64,000 nt of DNA from Ginglymostoma cirratum (Eukaryota). Shown here one piece after another: positions 58,950-64,000 of this stretch (its first letter is position 1; each line of letters begins with the position of its first letter). Below the pieces are notes generated by a model. The model was not told where the DNA came from. It worked only from the letters and a program-made list of their open reading frames with translations, and made no database searches. A program made the translations under genes and the position numbers. The stretch covers positions 1,174,333 through 1,238,332 of the forward strand of contig JAHRHZ010000036.1 of the NCBI GenBank assembly GCA_024137785.1. Reading direction: 5' to 3'.

Positions 58950-59140
58950 AAAAACCAGAAGAACTGCAGATGCTGTAAATCAGGAACAAAAGCAAAGTTG
59001 CTGGAAAAGGTCAGCAGGTCTGGCAGCATCTGTGAAGTTAAAAACAGAGTTAACGTTTCGGGTCCAGTGACCCTTCCTCAAAACTGTTCTGAGGAAGGGT
59101 CATCAGACCCGAAACGTTAACTCTGTTTTCTCCTATGATT
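58950..59140. mobile_element. Palindromic PLE mini-element with back-to-back hammerhead motifs
   Basis: 59041-59084 is the reverse complement of 59086-59129. atattgaat is repeated at 58941-58949 and 59141-59149. Confidence 0.88.
59086..59121 (+). ncRNA. Minimal hammerhead ribozyme (PLE type)
   Basis: GUU-CUGAGGA-A-GGGUC-AUCA-GACCC-GAAAC-GUU-AAC: CUGANGA and GAAA boxes, a 5-bp stem II, a GUU/AAC stem I and an AACGUU palindrome. Confidence 0.6.
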
Positions 59141-59204
59141 ATATTGAATTCTGGAGCAGGCTCAAAGGGCTGAATGGCCTACTGCAATTGTCTATGTTCC
59201 TATG

Positions 59205-59460
59205 TTTTTTTGTTAAAATAAGAGCTGGGATCAATAAAAGTCACTATGAAGCTGGCTGATCATTGTAAAATCCAATTGGCTCGCCCCTTCGGGAAGGAAA
59301 TCTGCCTTTCTTAGCATGACTAGGCCTTTGGTAACATCAAACCACACACCAGTAAGCTCCTAACTGCTGTTTGAAATAGCCTAGTCAGCCTCTCACTTTA
59401 TTAAACTCAGGGCAGCTATGAATCAGTTCTTGCCACTGATGCTCACATCCCGAGAATGGG
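59205..59460 (+). mobile_element. SINE family B (old)
   Basis: ttgtaaaatccaattggctc...gggaaggaaatctgcc...gctcacatcccgagaatg. Confidence 0.6.
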
Positions 59461-59522
59461 GATCAATAGCAGAAAACGTTGAAAATGGAAAGATAGGTTA
59501 AAAACAGCAGTGACATCAGATA

Positions 59523-59721
59523 AATGCAAAATTCTGCAGATGCTGGAAATCTGAAACAAACACAGAGAATGCCGAAGAAACTGAGCAGGTCTGGCAGCAT
59601 TGGCAGAGAAAGAAAATAGAGCTAAACTTTTGAAAGCCATTCTGAAGAAGAGTCATACCAGACTCGAAAAGTTGACTTTGTTTCTCTCTCCACAGGTGCT
59701 GCCAGACCTGCTGAGTTTCTC
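59523..59721. mobile_element. Palindromic PLE mini-element with a 15-bp target-site duplication
   Basis: Inverted arms; cagt(g/a)acatcagata at 59508-59522 and 59722-59736. Confidence 0.8.
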
Positions 59722-60019
59722 CAGTAACATCAGATACTGTCATCAGAGAGGAAAATATAATAGTTGAATGACTTAAATACTGGTGAACAAATTCTAATCC
59801 TAGTAGAAGCACATAAAAACCTTAACAGTGCAATGGCAGAAATTAAAATAATTTACAAATGGATAAAACAAGGTTCATCCAAAAATACAGATAAGAAAAT
59901 GGGAGAGCTTGTTCTTTATTAAGCACTTTTCCAAAGCATTTGCAGGTAAGGATGACCAGGCTTTAGGAAAGGTGTTAACAAAGTTTCCTAGAATGATATC
60001 AGGGGCTTCAGTTTATGTA

Positions 60020-60352
60020 AAAGGGTAGCTTAGTAATTGAGAGGCCCAGGCTAGTCCTCTGGCAGCATCAGTTCAAATCCCATGACAGCAGCTGATTGCA
60101 TTTAAAATTCAATAACCATATTTGCAATTACTCAGTTACGGTGACCATGACGGCCACCATCAATTCTTGTAAAAACCTGTCTGATTCAATATTGCCATTT
60201 AGTGAAGGAAATCTGCCATCTTCACCTGGTCTGAACTACATGTGACTCCAGTCCCACAGCAGTGACTCTTAACTGTCTTCACATGACAACTAGGAATGGG
60301 CGACAAATGATGTCTTTGCCAGGGATGTCCACAGCTTGTGAAAGGATCAAAA
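60020..60352 (+). mobile_element. SINE family B
   Basis: gttcaaatccc B box; gaaggaaatctgccatc..cacctggtctg..ctacatgtgactccag. Confidence 0.75.
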
Positions 60353-60452
60353 AAGTTGCGGCTCAGCCATTGAATGGCAGAACAGACTTCAGGAGCTAAA
60401 AGGCCTCCTCCTGGTCCTATGTTTGTCACTGGCTAGAAGGGGCTATTTGTTT

Positions 60453-60806
60453 ATCATAGAATCCCCACAGTGTGGAAACAGTCCATTCAGCCAATCAAGT
60501 CCACACTGCCCTCTGAACAGCATTCCACTCCCCACTCCCCCACTCTATCCCTGGAACCACAAATTTGCCATAGTTAACACACCTAGCCTGCACACCCCTG
60601 GACACTTTGGACAGTTTAGCATGGCCAATCCACCCTAATCTATACATTTTCGGATTGTGGGAGAAAAGTAGAGCATTGTGAAGGAACCCACGCAGACATG
60701 GGGAGAATGTGCAGACTCCACACAGTCAGTCACCTGAGGCTGGAACCAAACCCATGTCCCTGGCACTGTGAGGCAGCAGTGCTAACCACTGAGCTATTGT
60801 GCCAAC
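60453..60806 (-). mobile_element. HE1-type V-SINE
   Basis: atcatagaatcccc tail through ctgtgaggcagcagtgctaaccactgagc. Confidence 0.88.
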
Positions 60807-61129
60807 TCATTCTCATCTTTCTTTTGCAATTTTTCTCATTGCATTGAAATCAGGATACATTATGTGTCTCCCCTACTCTTTTCCAGATACTCAAAGCTGT
60901 GGGGCTTCCTTATCCCTAGATAGCTTTCCTCCTTTTATAATCCATAACCGTTTAAAATCCAAACTCAGTATCACTTCTTACATTATCCCATCCACTTCCT
61001 TACTGTTACTCTTCATTATTTGGTGTCACCTTGCACTGTGGATTGGGACCTTTTGTCAAGACTCCTTAATAAGAAAAATTCCCATAGAGTTCTGTGAAAA
61101 TTATCACAGGTGAAATGTCCTTCTTCAGG

Positions 61130-61350
61130 GAGCGATAAGAATATAGAACTTGCACGGAATAGTTGAGGTGAATTATATAGAAGCATTTAAGGGGAGATCC
61201 GATAAGCTCATGAGGAAAAAAGGAACAGAACGGATGTGCTGATACAGTGAGATGAAGTATGGTGGATGAGGATCATCTTAGCTAATAACACCAGAATAGA
61301 CCAGTTGAACTGAACGGCCCATTTTAGCACTGTATAGCCTCTGCAATTAT
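61130..61350 (+). mobile_element. CR1 3' fragment (old)
   Basis: tagaagcatttaagggga..gataagctcatgagga...gaccagttgaactgaacggcc; similar to 25380-25545. Confidence 0.55.
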
Positions 61351-61609
61351 TGGAACACTTAACTCACTGATAACAAATATTTCTCTTGGCCATTTTAACA
61401 GAAACACTAACTCACTTTTGATGAGTAAAGTTCCAAATTCTAAGATTATTTTGATTGTTACGGACAATGCTGCTGTTACGTGAGATTCACACAACAAGTT
61501 ACACAGGACTGTCCTGAAGGTGTATTTTCAAGACGTGTTGTAATAAGAGCACAAGAAGTGTAATACAGTTACTAAATGGGTTTGCATGGTGTTTTGTCAG
61601 GATAATGCT

Positions 61610-61740
61610 ATTTCAGAAGAAGGGTCCCGATCCAAAACGTCAGCTTTCCTGCTCCCCTGATGCTGCCTGGCCTGCTGTGTTCCTCCAGTTCCACACTGTG
61701 TTGTCTCTGACTCCAGCATCAGCAGTTCTTACTATCTCTG
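61610..61740 (+). mobile_element. PLE pLTR (same family as 27820-27944)
   Basis: gaagaagggtcccgatccaaaacgtcagctttcctgctc..ctgatgctgcctggcctgctgtgttcctccag. Confidence 0.8.
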
Positions 61741-62014
61741 TTGGGCTAATTTGTTCTGTTTACATGGTCCCTTTAGCTATTTGAGATTCTACACCACTGC
61801 ATACTGTTTCTTCAAATCACCAACACAGCTTGTCCTGCTCTCAAATATCTGCTCCTCTACTATGTTAAGTATTCAGTTTACAACATCCATGTGCGGGTGT
61901 TGGGGCTGTATTACACACAATACATGAAGTAGTTATCATTTCTCACACAATGACTTGAAAGGTTTTTTTGCATTCGCCACTTATTGCAATAACAGAATAA
62001 CAGTGGATGATGTT

Positions 62015-62285
62015 AGAATGGAATCCCTACAGTGTGGAAGCAGGCCATTTGGCCCATCAAATCTGTGCTGACCCTCCCACTCAGACCACAACATCCTTGC
62101 AACTCTGCATTTCACATGGCCAATCCACCTAGACAGCACATCCAGGGACACTGTGGGGCAATTTAGCATGGCCAAATTTCAGACTGCAGGAGGAGACCAG
62201 GGCACCAGCAGAAACGGGAGAATATGCAAACTCCATACAGACAGTGGCCTATGAGCTAGCAGTGCTGACCACTGAGCCACCATGT
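62015..62285 (-). mobile_element. HE1-type V-SINE with internal deletions
   Basis: gaatccctacagtgtggaagcaggccatt...gcaaactcca.acagacag...accactgagccacc. Confidence 0.8.
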
Positions 62286-63504
62286 TAAATGTTAATGGTA
62301 AATTTCACACACACACACACCACAGCAATACAAATGTTTTCCCACTTCACTGGCAAGTTTGAGATTCTTAAATAGATCATCATTCTTAATTAACAGAATA
62401 TTTTGTGTGTTACAGTGTCACAGTATCCTTTAAAGGAAATAAGGTGTGAATCATCAATTCACAAAGAACGTTAACTGAATTTTCATTTGACTTATGTCTT
62501 CGAAAGCACAACAGTTAGCTAAATTTGCTCAAGCAAAATGACAGTTTAGAATACTGTCTGAGTTCTTAATTTTTCCAACTTTATTTAGACTCTGAATGTT
62601 TTCCCGCTCTAAAAAGGAATGACAAAGATAGAATGATGATCAATTTCCCCCTATCAGTGCTAGAATTTAATTCCCTTCACTACTGGGACCTCAGTTTGAA
62701 TAAAATGCACTAATGGACTTCCACTGACTGATGGCAGTTAATTGAGTTTATGGCAGTGACAACCTAACTCAATAATGCTTTGAGTCCAGTTCATCAGATT
62801 TGGCTCACTTTATGAGCAGCTATGAAGGTATCATCGCACAGAGCAGAGTGAATGGAAAGGTCACACAGGTGAAGAGACAAAGGTAGAAGACAGTCAGCCA
62901 AAAGGCTGTTGTCTGATTAGAATAACAAGGGTCCAGGTCTCTCGCTCACTGTGTGGTACTTGATCCAGGAGTGCTTTCTTCCAGAATGGAATGTTGAACC
63001 TTCACCTTAATGGGAAAACAGAAAACTAATTTGTTGAGGCGACAATTCATTGTTCACTTTTGCCAGTAGAGCAGAATTACTGCATTCTCTTTGTTTGGAA
63101 AGCAGTGTGTTCATTTCTGTCTGCTTGTGATTTTTTTTTTAAGCAGCAAATTCAGTTACAACCAGAAGATAAACAAAGCAAAAAGGACAAATCTCGATGT
63201 AATGAGTTTGGAAATCCTACCGCACAAATCAGAGCAAAGGTTAATACAGGAACATTGTTTCAAAGTCAGCAGTAGCACAGTGACATTGTTGGATGTTAAA
63301 CCTCTTGCATCACTTGCCAAAATCTCAGGATTCCAGGTGGGGAAGGAAAGAGAAAAAAAATAAAAGCCAGGTCCTTTTCATTCTGCTGAAGATATCTCCT
63401 AGATTTAACACTGTTGTGTAGACATTAACACTTCAATAAAACCATATTGCAGATGAAGCAGCAGGTGACTGGTCTCCTCTCTATCTTATACAGCTTTGAG
63501 GAAG

Positions 63505-63860
63505 ATTGTTGTGTAGTGATAATCTTGCCAGACCAGTAATCTAGAGGCTCAGGTTAATGCTTTGGGGGCGTAGGCTCAAACCCCACCACAGTAAAATTCA
63601 ATGAATCAAAATAAGATTTGAATGAAAGCTAGCCTCATTAATAGTGACTAGAAAACCACTGATTGTCATTAAAGCCGCTTAGTTTGTTGATGTCATTTAA
63701 GGATGGAAATGTGCCATTCTTACCTCGTCTGGCCTATATGTGACTCCATTCCACACCCGGAACAATATAGTTGACCTAATGGCTCTCAGGGGCAATTGGG
63801 GATGGACAATAAAAGCTGGCGTTGTCAATGACATTCACATCCATCAAGAAATGAATTAAA
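63505..63860 (+). mobile_element. SINE family B
   Basis: gtgtagtg...ggctcaaaccccaccac...tctggcctatatgtgactcca...gggcaattggggatggacaataaa. Confidence 0.75.
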
Positions 63861-64000
63861 GACATACTTTCCAGATTTGTCAATAGACAATAGATGCTTT
63901 GTTGGCAGTACTGCTCTACATTGGATGACAAACACAAAAGGAGACACATAGACACAGTGATTTTTCTTCACAGAATTAGAGTGGGACATTGATAAAATAC

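Larger units (their letters stand above)
57990..59205 (+). mobile_element. CR1 3' portion with two PLE insertions
   Basis: ORF 58433 (LQLYRALVRQHPEYYVQF...EGLQRRLIRMIP); 3' UTR ctggagcaggctcaaagggctgaatggcctact. Confidence 0.85.

Noticed and set aside
63060-63363. Possible coding exon after a poly-T acceptor (KQQIQLQPEDKQSKKDK...)
   Set aside because: No recognisable homology, and no partner exons elsewhere in the window.

Overview
Eukaryotic, non-coding, repeat-dense DNA, most likely from a shark or ray genome. The organism is inferred from HE1-type V-SINEs, HER1/CR1-type LINEs and a Deu-domain SINE, all recognised from memory rather than by search. I find no intact host protein-coding gene. 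The ORF track is made up of transposon relics, microsatellite read-through and chance ORFs. The window is a nested mosaic of CR1, L2-like, RTE and Tx1 LINE fragments, at least five SINE families, two solo-LTR families, a decayed PIF/Harbinger transposase, a hAT-like MITE and many Penelope-like element (PLE) pieces. The most notable signals are four. (1) PLE terminal repeats carry minimal hammerhead-ribozyme cores with a palindromic stem III, often as back-to-back inverted mini-elements flanked by 9-18 bp direct repeats. (2) Two local inverted duplications look like template-switch events. (3) Several repeat-free islands carry Pbx-Hox/Meis/Sox/Fox motif clusters, suggesting a developmental gene desert or a large intron. 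(4) A SINE and its probable partner LINE share a 3' tail. Coordinates of old repeats are approximate (about +/-20 bp).
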